A DNA stretch of 64,000 nt from NCBI GenBank assembly GCA_964473565.1, contig CAYYPI010000002.1:3095-67094 (forward strand). The letters run 5' to 3'. A program made the translations under genes and the position numbers. Source of the stretch: an uncultured Gammaproteobacteria bacterium (GTDB lineage Bacteria; Patescibacteriota; Patescibacteriia; Patescibacteriales; UBA12465). The notes under the pieces were generated by a model, which ran no database searches, had not been told where the DNA came from, and saw only the letters and a list, made by a program, of their open reading frames with translations. The stretch's first letter is position 1; the number at the start of each line of letters is the position of its first letter. Shown here piece by piece: positions 53,721-61,930 of the stretch.

Positions 53721-54533
53721 ATGAAACAATATCTCAACTTGCTCCAAGATGTTTTAGAAAATGGTACCGTTAAAGATGATAGAACAGGTACTGGTACTAT
53801 TAGCGTCTTTGGTAGACAAACAAGATATGATTTAAGCAAAGGCTTCCCTTTACTAACCACTAAAAAAGTACACTTAAGATCAATTATTCATGAACTACTG
53901 TGGTTTTTAAGTGGTGATACTAATATTAAATATTTAAATGACAATAAAGTTAGTATTTGGGATGAATGGGCAGATGAAAATGGAGATTTAGGACCAATAT
54001 ATGGAAAACAATGGACAGCTTGGGAAGGAAAAGATGGCACTAAGATTAATCAAATTAAAGAAGTGCAAGACATGCTTAGAAACAATCCAGACTCTAGAAG
54101 AATAATTGTAAGTGGTTGGAATGTAGCAGACTTACAAACCTTAATTAGTGGTAAAAAAACTGCCCCACCTCCATGTCATACCATTTTTCAATTCTATGTA
54201 GCTAATAATAAATTATCTTGTCAGTTATATCAAAGAAGTGCAGATATTTTTTTAGGTGTGCCTTTTAATATTGCTTCTTATGCCCTTTTAACCATGATGC
54301 TAGCTCAAACTACTGGTAAGGAATTAGGAGAATTTGTACACACCTTTGGAGATCTCCATATCTACAAAAACCACCTAGACCAAGTTAATACTCAACTACA
54401 AAGAACTCCAAAAGAATTACCACAAATGAAGTTAAATCCTGAAGTGAAAGATATCTTTGATTTTAAATTTGATGACTTTGAGTTAGTTAATTATAATCCT
54501 GAACCAGGAATTAAAGCACCTATTTCTATATAA
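53721..54533 (+). CDS. thyA: thymidylate synthase (ThyA type)
   Basis: [19 protein letters not shown] and [22 protein letters not shown]. Confidence 0.95.
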   Translation: MKQYLNLLQDVLENGTVKDDRTGTGTISVFGRQTRYDLSKGFPLLTTKKVHLRSIIHELLWFLSGDTNIKYLNDNKVSIWDEWADENGDLGPIYGKQWTAWEGKDGTKINQIKEVQDMLRNNPDSRRIIVSGWNVADLQTLISGKKTAPPPCHTIFQFYVANNKLSCQLYQRSADIFLGVPFNIASYALLTMMLAQTTGKELGEFVHTFGDLHIYKNHLDQVNTQLQRTPKELPQMKLNPEVKDIFDFKFDDFELVNYNPEPGIKAPISI

Positions 54534-54534
54534 T

Positions 54535-55041
54535 ATGATACCAGTAACCTTAATGATGGCTATTACCTTAGATGGTAAAATAGCTAAAAATAGTTCTCAC
54601 TTTGCCAATTGGACCAGTCCTGAAGATAAAAAAGTCTTCAGAAAGGTTTCTAAAGAATTTGGCGTCTTTATGGTTGGTGAAAATACATATAAAACATTCC
54701 CTGGACCATTACCAGGCAGGCTTAATGTGGTATTTTCTAGAGCAGTAACACCAAAACAAGAGGGTGACCTAAAATATGTACAAGGAGATCCTGAAGTAGT
54801 TTTAAAGGATTTAGAAAAAATGGGCTATAAAAAAGCATTGCTATGCGGTGGAGCAAATCTCAATAGTTTGTTTTTAGAGAATAAACTTATAGACGAAATG
54901 ATTATTACTATTGAACCTAAAATATTTGGAGCGGGTCTAAGTCTTTTTAGCTCTGAATTTGATGCTGATTTAGAACTTAAAAGCGTTGAGAAAATAAATG
55001 ATAATGCCTTAAATATTAGATATAAAGTAATATATAAATAA
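54535..55041 (+). CDS. dihydrofolate-reductase-family protein of the RibD C-terminal type
   Basis: MAITLDGKIA..., VGENTY and LCGGANL. Starts 1 nt after the thyA stop. Confidence 0.6.
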   Translation: MIPVTLMMAITLDGKIAKNSSHFANWTSPEDKKVFRKVSKEFGVFMVGENTYKTFPGPLPGRLNVVFSRAVTPKQEGDLKYVQGDPEVVLKDLEKMGYKKALLCGGANLNSLFLENKLIDEMIITIEPKIFGAGLSLFSSEFDADLELKSVEKINDNALNIRYKVIYK

Positions 55042-55042
55042 T

Positions 55043-55615
55043 ATGGAAAAAACTAAACTACTAGCAGTAGTAGGATTACCTGGCTCAGGTAAAACTGAAG
55101 TTGTTAATTATTTAAAAAAAGAATATCAATTCCCTAACGTTTATTTAGGACAAGTTACTTTTGACAGATTAAAAGAAGAAGGATTAGAAATAAATCCTCA
55201 AAATGAAAAAATGATTAGAGAAAAGCTTAGAAAAGAACATGGAATGGCTTCTCATGCTATTCTTTCACTTCCTAAAATAGAAAAGCTAATGGGAACAAGT
55301 AAAATATTACTACTTGAAAGTATGTATAGTTGGGAAGAATACCTAAGCTTTAAAGAAAGGTACAATCAGAACTTTATCACTTTAGCAGTTAATGCCTGCC
55401 CTAAGACCAGAGAAAATCGTTTGAGAAATAGAGCTATTAGACCACTTAAAAATAGTCAAGAATTTGTAGATAGAGACTACTCACAAATAGAAAACTTAAA
55501 CCAAGCAGGTCCAATTGCTAGAGCAGACTATACTATAGTTAATGAAGATTCTTTAGAAATTCTTCATGAAAATATTGAAAAATCCTTAGAAAAATTAAAC
55601 CTAAAAAATCTATGA
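55043..55615 (+). CDS. P-loop nucleotide kinase (UPF0200 / dephospho-CoA-kinase-like)
   Basis: VVGLPGSGKTEV P-loop. Its stop overlaps the adk start (ATGA). Confidence 0.5.
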   Translation: MEKTKLLAVVGLPGSGKTEVVNYLKKEYQFPNVYLGQVTFDRLKEEGLEINPQNEKMIREKLRKEHGMASHAILSLPKIEKLMGTSKILLLESMYSWEEYLSFKERYNQNFITLAVNACPKTRENRLRNRAIRPLKNSQEFVDRDYSQIENLNQAGPIARADYTIVNEDSLEILHENIEKSLEKLNLKNL

Positions 55616-56187
55616 TCAACCTTATCATTTTTGGCGCTCCTGGAGCTGGTAAAGGGACTCAAGCTCAAAAAATAGCTGAGTCACACAAATTACAGCACTT
55701 ATCTACTGGAGATCTATTTAGAGAAGAAATAAAAAATAATACAGAGCTGGGAAGAAAGGCTCTAGATTACTCAAGTAAAGGCGAGCTAGTACCTGATTCT
55801 CTAGTTATTGAAATACTTAAAAAAGAGATAGAGAAACATCCTGAAAGCTCAGGCTTTGTTTTTGATGGCTTCCCTAGAAATTTAAATCAAGCTCAAGAAT
55901 TAGATAAAATTTTAAATGAAAAAAATAATAACATAACGGCAGTTTTAGCTCTAGATGTTCCTGATCAAGAATTGATTAAAAGAATTAAAAACAGAGCTAA
56001 GGAGTCTAATAGAATTGACGATCAAAATGAAGAAATTATCAATAATCGTTTAGATGTATATAAGCAAGACACCCAACCTTTACTTAACTATTATCAACAA
56101 GAAGCTAAATTACATAAAATTAATGGGCTAGGAACTATTGATGAAGTTACAAATAGATTGAATGAGGTTGTTGACAAATTAGTATAA
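55612..56187 (+). CDS. adk: adenylate kinase (short-lid form)
   Basis: FGAPGAGKGTQA, STGDLFR and FDGFPRN. Confidence 0.9.
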   Translation: MINLIIFGAPGAGKGTQAQKIAESHKLQHLSTGDLFREEIKNNTELGRKALDYSSKGELVPDSLVIEILKKEIEKHPESSGFVFDGFPRNLNQAQELDKILNEKNNNITAVLALDVPDQELIKRIKNRAKESNRIDDQNEEIINNRLDVYKQDTQPLLNYYQQEAKLHKINGLGTIDEVTNRLNEVVDKLV

Positions 56188-56245
56188 TTTAGATATAATA
56201 ATATAATTATTATTTACAAAGAGTGCTAAGATACAGCGCTCTTTT

Positions 56246-56848
56246 ATGAGCATTATGAATAAAAAAACAGGAAAATTTATCGTCTTCTATGGCATTAATA
56301 ACTTGGGTAAAAGCACCCAAGCAAAAATGTTGGTTGAAAGGTTAAAGTTCAATGGCCATAAAGCTAAATACATTAAATATCCTTTATACAAACTCAAACC
56401 ATCTGGAATAATCTTAAATGATTATTTAAGAAATGGTAACTATTTTAAACTTAGTGCAAGAGAAGCGCAAATACTATACACCCTCAATCGTTTTCAATAT
56501 CAAGAAAAATTATTAAAGGATTTAAATGATGGTATAAATATCATAGCTGAAGATTATGTAGGCACTGGTATATCTTGGGGATTAGGGGCAGGTGTTGATG
56601 AACTATTTTTAAAAAAAATTAATGCTGGTTTAATTAAAGAAGATAAAAGCTTTTTATTTGATGGTGAAAGATTCTTAGAAGCTAAGGAAAAAAACCATAA
56701 ACATGAAACTAATGATGATTTGAGTAACAAGGTGCGCTGGGCTCATCTCAAACTTAAAGAAGAATATGGATGGCATAAAATTAATGCTAACCAAACCATT
56801 GTTGATATACATGATGAAATCTGGGATGAAGTTATGAAGATAATATAG
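56246..56848 (+). CDS. thymidylate-kinase-like P-loop kinase
   Basis: FYGINNLGKSTQ P-loop, with size and context consistent with dTMP kinase. Divergent. Confidence 0.55.
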   Translation: MSIMNKKTGKFIVFYGINNLGKSTQAKMLVERLKFNGHKAKYIKYPLYKLKPSGIILNDYLRNGNYFKLSAREAQILYTLNRFQYQEKLLKDLNDGINIIAEDYVGTGISWGLGAGVDELFLKKINAGLIKEDKSFLFDGERFLEAKEKNHKHETNDDLSNKVRWAHLKLKEEYGWHKINANQTIVDIHDEIWDEVMKII

Positions 56849-56865
56849 TTAAAAATACTAGAAAA

Positions 56866-56898
56866 TAAAAAATACACCAAAACAATGGTGTTTTTTTA
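56866..56898 (+). terminator. rho-independent terminator
   Basis: ACACCA / TGGTGT stem followed by T7. Confidence 0.65.
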
Positions 56899-56926
56899 TA
56901 TTTAAATTACTATATATTAAAAATAA

Positions 56927-57238
56927 TTAATCGTTTTGAGAGCCAGCAGAACCTTTTTTTAATCTTTTTTTATACTTATCCAGAACTTTATTTAAAGCAT
57001 CTTTTAAATCAATATCATAGGTATTAGCAATTGTTATCAAAGAAAATAAGACATCACCTAATTCAACTTTTAACTCTTGCCTATACTCAGATTTTTTCTT
57101 GCCATAATCACTCATCTTTAACACCTCTTTTGCTAACTCACCAAGCTCTGACATGGCATCCAGAACTCTGTGTTCAACTGATGTTTCCATATCATTTTCT
57201 TTGCAAAAGTCTTTTATTTTTTCTTGTATTTTTTTCAT
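56927..57238 (-). CDS. MazG-type nucleotide pyrophosphohydrolase
   Basis: About 100 aa, all-alpha. ELGELAKEV...ELGDVLFSL EExxE/D pattern. Confidence 0.7.
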   Translation of the reverse strand: MKKIQEKIKDFCKENDMETSVEHRVLDAMSELGELAKEVLKMSDYGKKKSEYRQELKVELGDVLFSLITIANTYDIDLKDALNKVLDKYKKRLKKGSAGSQND

Positions 57239-57246
57239 AGATAATT

Positions 57247-57753
57247 TTATCTAATTATCTTAACTTTAGCATAAAGGTGTGCATCAAAAAATTCATTTCC
57301 ATTTTTTATAACTTTTTTCATTGTTCCCTCTTTTTTATAGCCACACTTTATAGCCACCTTTTCACTAGCAATATTTCCAGGATTCATTAAAATTTCAATT
57401 CTATTTAATCCTAATTTCTCAAATCCAATCTTTTCAAGAATCTTTACAGCTTTAGTGGTAATTCCCTTTCCCCAATATTTCTCATCTAAGAAATAACCTA
57501 TTTCACCAATAAAAGTTCTATGTTGATTTATTTTAATTCCACACCCACCAACTACCTTGCCATTAAACAAAATAGCATAATTATATGATATATTATTTTT
57601 TCTCTTTTTAGTATTTTGTCTTAAAAAATCTTTTTCAGCTTCTACATCTTTTGGACAAATCTTAAGATACTTAAAATTAGGATTATTTAATATTTCATAA
57701 AACCTTTTTGCATCAGAGACTCTTTGATTTCTTAACTCAATTTTTTTTGACAT
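57247..57753 (-). CDS. GNAT acetyltransferase (RimJ/RimL-like)
   Basis: WGKGITTKAV motif and family layout. Confidence 0.8.
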   Translation of the reverse strand: MSKKIELRNQRVSDAKRFYEILNNPNFKYLKICPKDVEAEKDFLRQNTKKRKNNISYNYAILFNGKVVGGCGIKINQHRTFIGEIGYFLDEKYWGKGITTKAVKILEKIGFEKLGLNRIEILMNPGNIASEKVAIKCGYKKEGTMKKVIKNGNEFFDAHLYAKVKIIR

Positions 57754-57781
57754 ATAATTTATTTAAAAAATTATCTAATTT

Positions 57782-58051
57782 TTATTTATAAACTTTTTTT
57801 GCGTATATTAAATATAATACAAGTATAATATTAAACAAATAATTAATATAAAGCGGAAAATGTGTAATTTTTAATAATATATCGTCTATAACGATATAGG
57901 TAAAAGTGAGTATTTCCCCTAAAAGCCAAAAAATTAAAAACAGCCAGGATAAATCTCCTGCTTTCTTAGTTCTCCATGTTTGAATTACTTGTGGAACAGC
58001 GCATATTGCAAATAAAAATGCTCCGATCCAACCAATGTAATGATGTAACAT
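57782..58051 (-). CDS. PQ-loop (SemiSWEET-like) 3-TM membrane protein
   Basis: 89 aa with three helices and the AVPQVIQTWRTKKAGDLS PQ motif after TM1. Confidence 0.6.
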   Translation of the reverse strand: MLHHYIGWIGAFLFAICAVPQVIQTWRTKKAGDLSWLFLIFWLLGEILTFTYIVIDDILLKITHFPLYINYLFNIILVLYLIYAKKVYK

Positions 58052-58076
58052 ATTCTATAAATTATTAGATTTACTT

Positions 58077-58478
58077 TTACAATAAATCTAAAAGCTTCTT
58101 AATACTATTATGTGAAACCACGTATTTATCACTGAAAAATTCATCTTTTGTTACCCATTTATATTCAATTATATTTTCACCAGTAGGATTTTTTGTTAAA
58201 TCAATTTCATCATCAGCACTACATAAAAATGTAGTACAAATTACTTGACCCTTATCTTGTCTAAAAAACCAAAAAAAACCAATGGGTCTTAATATTTTAA
58301 CAGAAAGATTAACTTCTTCCTTAACTTCACGTACTAATGTGTCATAAGGAGATTCGCCATAATCAACCTTGCCACCAGGTAAATCCCAAGTATCCATATC
58401 TGATATTTTCTGTTTAATTACAAGAAATCTTTCTCCACGTTGGATTATTGCTTTAACTGCTGGGTATACACGATTCAT
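58077..58478 (-). CDS. NUDIX hydrolase
   Basis: Nudix box GGKVDYGESPYDTLVREVKEEVNL. Confidence 0.85.
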   Translation of the reverse strand: MNRVYPAVKAIIQRGERFLVIKQKISDMDTWDLPGGKVDYGESPYDTLVREVKEEVNLSVKILRPIGFFWFFRQDKGQVICTTFLCSADDEIDLTKNPTGENIIEYKWVTKDEFFSDKYVVSHNSIKKLLDLL

Positions 58479-58508
58479 ATTTTCTATTAATTAAATTAAA
58501 TATTTTCT

Positions 58509-59102
58509 TTATTCCCTTTTCCAATCACCATCATTAAACCTATTATTCGCTTTAAGATGCCAATCATGTGGATTTGAGTCCTGAATTTCTTTCCACATCT
58601 TTTTAGCTGTCTCTGTGAATAATGTTTCATATACTCTATCTCTTATAACTTGAAAATCTTCTTTAACCTTCACCCCGTTAACATATTGCTCTTGAAGCTC
58701 CATATCAACATCTAAATTATCAGCGTCTTTAACAATTTTGGCTTCTATAGACTGCCTATCTTCATATTCATTGAATATTTTCAGAAACTCATCTTCAACA
58801 CTAGTATCCTTCAATATATCATCAATTGCACCTTTATCATCTCTTTTTGTATACATTCTAGATAAATAATTGACATCTGAATTTCTTGATTCAACAATAT
58901 CATGCACTAGGGCCATTTTAATTACTTTATCAATATCAGCTTTTTCTTCCTTAGCAATTATAATAGCAGTCCAAATAACTCTAAAGATGTGCTCAGATAA
59001 ATTAGCAAAATCTTTATTTAGAAATTGCCTCCACATTCTTGGGATAAATCTCATGGTTCCAAGCTCATAAAGAAACTCTAAATTACGATTATGATTTTCC
59101 AT
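58509..59102 (-). CDS. HD-domain phosphohydrolase (YfbR-like 5'-deoxynucleotidase)
   Basis: SEHIFRV...ALVHDIVESRNSD H...HD...D pattern. Confidence 0.75.
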   Translation of the reverse strand: MENHNRNLEFLYELGTMRFIPRMWRQFLNKDFANLSEHIFRVIWTAIIIAKEEKADIDKVIKMALVHDIVESRNSDVNYLSRMYTKRDDKGAIDDILKDTSVEDEFLKIFNEYEDRQSIEAKIVKDADNLDVDMELQEQYVNGVKVKEDFQVIRDRVYETLFTETAKKMWKEIQDSNPHDWHLKANNRFNDGDWKRE

Positions 59103-59120
59103 ATTGTTTATTTTAAAAAT

Positions 59121-59155
59121 AAAAAAAGCACTAAATTATAATTTTAGTGCTTTTA
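59121..59155 (-). terminator. rho-independent terminator
   Basis: AAGCACTAAA / TTTAGTGCTT stem with a T-run on the minus strand. Confidence 0.65.
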
Positions 59156-59168
59156 AAAAACATAAATA

Positions 59169-59435
59169 TTAAACTTTTAGCTTTTCTAAAAGGTTGTTCC
59201 ATTTTCCTTCAATATCACTCATTAATTCATCAGATTTACTTTTTAAGTCTTCTACTTTGTCACCCCCTGCACTCTGTAATTCTTCCATCTTTGCCTTCAT
59301 TTCATCAAGCTTAGATTCTAATTCACCCATTTCGTCTTGATTTGAAATTTCCAAATCAGCTTTTTTCTCGGCAAGTTCTGCTTTAACTTTATCGTACTTA
59401 GCTTTTAATTTGTCTAAATAAGGTTGCATATCCAT
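59169..59435 (-). CDS. small acidic coiled-coil protein
   Basis: 88-aa ORF with a heptad-like K/E/L pattern. Confidence 0.4.
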   Translation of the reverse strand: MDMQPYLDKLKAKYDKVKAELAEKKADLEISNQDEMGELESKLDEMKAKMEELQSAGGDKVEDLKSKSDELMSDIEGKWNNLLEKLKV

Positions 59436-59629
59436 AAATTTAAAGTTAAGAATAATACATTATTATTATAACATACATAGAAAAAAGTGCAAAAAATAAC
59501 TTTTATATAGTTAAATAATATACTAAATTATATTCTTATTATATCCTCATAAAAAACATAAAAATCTCATATAAAGTTCACTCATGATCCGTAATTCGAG
59601 GTGCCGTGGAAAATTTTGTATCAAGTATT

Positions 59630-59650
59630 GTATATCCCAATGGATTATAG
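59630..59650. repeat. decayed remnant (element D) of the GC-rich cassette-boundary element
   Basis: GTATATCCCaatGGATTATAG compared with element B GTATATCCCttGTTATACG. Lies just 3' of the 59676 ORF stop. Confidence 0.25.
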
Positions 59651-59675
59651 TAAAACAAAGAAATTTGAAAAATAG

Positions 59676-60164
59676 TCACTTTGAATTTTTAATATATTCT
59701 TGAACAGCTTTTATATCAATCCTTTGATGATCACCTGACAACAATTTTTTATAGTTTATGAGATCACTTGGATTAATCACAGTCAACTTAATACCTTCAA
59801 AATATACTTTTTTTAATTTTGAAAAATTGGCAGGACTGTGTATCCATCTTTTAGAAAGATCATCAAATATTTTTTGATTATAAGCACCTCCAATATCTAT
59901 TTCTTGTCCAAGGTAGTTGAGTGTCATTAACTTCAAGTTCCATCTTTCATCTTTATAATTTTCAGGGCCTAAAATTATATAATCTTTTACTTTATCAAAA
60001 ATTTTTTCAAAATCATTTTCAGGAATATCTATGTCTATATCGTTCACCTCTCTCTTTGATCCATAAAGATGAGCTGCAAAACCACCAGAAATACGATATT
60101 GGATGTTATCTTTACTAAGGATATTAATAATCCAGCGAAGAGCTTGTAACTGTTTATTTTTCAT
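59676..60164 (-). CDS. nucleotidyltransferase-fold protein (Lnu/ANT-like minimal NTase)
   Basis: SGGFAAHLYGSKREVNDIDIDIP (G[GS]...DxD). Start placed at MKNKQL (60164) because the track's first 13 codons (to 60203) are built from the duplicated HD-gene tail. Confidence 0.55.
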   Translation of the reverse strand: MKNKQLQALRWIINILSKDNIQYRISGGFAAHLYGSKREVNDIDIDIPENDFEKIFDKVKDYIILGPENYKDERWNLKLMTLNYLGQEIDIGGAYNQKIFDDLSKRWIHSPANFSKLKKVYFEGIKLTVINPSDLINYKKLLSGDHQRIDIKAVQEYIKNSK

Positions 60165-60184
60165 TTTAGTATTTAAGTTGAGCC

Positions 60185-60325
60185 TTACTTTTTTCCATTC
60201 CATTCATCAAAGAATTCTTCAAGAAATAATTCCATAAATTTATGCCTTTTATCAGCCATCTTCTTTGCTGTTTCTGTATTCATATTTTCTTTTAATTTCA
60301 AAAGCTTACTATAAAGAAGATGATT
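60185..60325 (-). pseudogene. 3'-terminal fragment of an HD-hydrolase gene (duplicate of the 61931-62070 region)
   Basis: 60195-60313 matches 61941-62059 with 6 mismatches in 119 nt (hand alignment). It encodes ...YSKLLKLKENMNTETAKKMADKRHKFMELFLEEFFDEWNGKK* with no start or N-terminal domain. Confidence 0.7.
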
Positions 60326-60378
60326 TTCTGGAGTGATAACGGAAGAGAAACAAACACAATGACGTCTTGAGTTATAAA

Positions 60379-60693
60379 TTAGTCACTCCTTGTTTCCTCT
60401 AAAATAATTTTATTTTTAAATCCACCTCTTTTCTCTCTCTTTTTCAGCATAATCTGTTCTAATTCCTCAAATTTAATTCCTCTAAAAGCTAACATTGCAT
60501 GTATTACTTCCAATACATCTGCTAATTCTTCATCTATATTAGAATCCTCCAATACCTCATTAACTTCTTCTTGTAATTTAGCTTTCAATTTTACCCAATA
60601 TTCTGAATCATCTGCTATATGAGTCAGAGGAATAGATCCTTTATCTTTGATAATTTGAGGAATTTTATCTCTTACTAATTTATCGTATTTCAT
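60379..60693 (-). CDS. MazG-like all-alpha NTP pyrophosphohydrolase (COG4997-like)
   Basis: MKYDKLVRDKIP... and EELADVLEV typical of the family. Confidence 0.6.
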   Translation of the reverse strand: MKYDKLVRDKIPQIIKDKGSIPLTHIADDSEYWVKLKAKLQEEVNEVLEDSNIDEELADVLEVIHAMLAFRGIKFEELEQIMLKKREKRGGFKNKIILEETRSD

Positions 60694-60744
60694 ATTAAGG
60701 GTTTAAAAATGAAATTTATAATTATTATGACTAACTTATAATTT

Positions 60745-60898
60745 CGCACAACGTTTGCGGATATGAGAACTTGCAACCGTAGGAAGCAATTTGGGTGAGC
60801 CCCGAGCCGAGGGGCGAACCGGATACACCTTGTTATACGTCCCGCCGACTAAAAGGAGAAGAGTGTAGCGTGGTCGGAGCGAAGCGGAGAAGTTTAAA
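60745..60898. repeat. GC-rich structured boundary element A (attC-like)
   Basis: CGCACAAC-GTTTGC...TTTGGGTGA-[GCCCC gagccga GGGGC]-GAACC-ggatacac-ctt-GTTATACG, then a ~50-nt GC-rich hairpin region. Colinear with elements B and C. Confidence 0.6.
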
Positions 60899-60916
60899 TT
60901 ATTTTATGAAAATTCA

Positions 60917-61204
60917 TTATGTTAAAAACCTAATCAAATCAATTATTAAGCGAATTATTCCCATACCAACAATAATTTGCCACCTTCTTGTTATCAAAGA
61001 CAATAATATGATTAAAATCAAAATTGCTGGATATGTAAAATAATATAATTCAAGTCCAAAAGAAAAATCTAAAAATATAGGTGATGATTTGATAATAATA
61101 TTTATCATTTCAGCAAAAATAACTGCAATTACTCCAATAATTATATCAATCTTTTTTATTTTCTTTTCGGTGAGTTTATTATCTATTTGTTTAAAAATTT
61201 TCAT
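60917..61204 (-). CDS. small membrane protein
   Basis: 95 aa with 2-3 hydrophobic helices. Confidence 0.4.
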   Translation of the reverse strand: MKIFKQIDNKLTEKKIKKIDIIIGVIAVIFAEMINIIIKSSPIFLDFSFGLELYYFTYPAILILIILLSLITRRWQIIVGMGIIRLIIDLIRFLT

Positions 61205-61318
61205 AAAATAATCTAAAATACATATAATTAAAGTGCTATCTGAAGTTTTTGAAAACTCCTTATTAAAATTAATTATTTTTCAAAATTTTGTCTGAGAAAA
61301 TAAAAAAGAAAAAATCGT

Positions 61319-61597
61319 TTACTTTTTACTTCTTCTAATCTTATTAATTCCACCATATATTGATCCGAATGAAGCTAGAATTATTAACAAGCCAACAATT
61401 TTTTGAACAGTCATTAGTGCTAAGCCAAGAAAAATCATTAAAAAGCCTTGAACTAGAAATATGTAACCAACTTTTTTAGCGCCATACTTTATATCTGGTG
61501 GAAATTTTCCCCCAGTATAAACACCTGGTTGGTATTGTTTTTTTTGCCATTCATTTAAATCTTCTGAGTATTTTTGAGATTCACTTTTTTTATTCAT
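61319..61597 (-). CDS. small membrane protein
   Basis: 92 aa with two hydrophobic helices and a basic C-terminus. Confidence 0.4.
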   Translation of the reverse strand: MNKKSESQKYSEDLNEWQKKQYQPGVYTGGKFPPDIKYGAKKVGYIFLVQGFLMIFLGLALMTVQKIVGLLIILASFGSIYGGINKIRRSKK

Positions 61598-61812
61598 AGG
61601 TTTTTTCTTTTTTATTGTCGTAGCTAGATATCATATGTTGTGTGTAGCTGGTCTTCGCATTTATTTGAGCTTATTAGAACATTAATGCTTGATACGAACA
61701 TTGCATTTGAAGAAATAAGAAGACTAATTTCATATAACATTTGAGTGTATCTGAAGTTTCAGATACTTTTTTGATTTCTCATTATTATTTTATCATAAAA
61801 AAATACAAAAAA

Positions 61813-61927
61813 GAAGCTGAAATTTGGGTAAGCCCGAGTCGAGGGCTGAACCGTATATCCCTTGTTATACGAGGGTGAGGAGCGATAGCAACGAAAGCGC
61901 AGCGTCCCTCTAGCGTTTAAGTTTGGG
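61813..61927. repeat. GC-rich structured boundary element B (half-element)
   Basis: AATTTGGGTA-[AGCCC gagtcga GGGCT]-GAACC-gtatatcc-ctt-GTTATACG (61864-61871), a 44-nt GC-rich segment, then TTTAAGTTTGGG (61916-61927). It lacks the half that carries the second core in A and C. Confidence 0.6.
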
Positions 61928-61930
61928 CTG

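Noticed and set aside
60330-60378. TGATAAC...GTTATAA pair between the HD fragment and the MazG-like stop, as a possible fifth boundary element.
   Set aside because: No similarity to the internal blocks of A-C and no GC-rich hairpin. Such AT-rich heptamers are expected by chance here.
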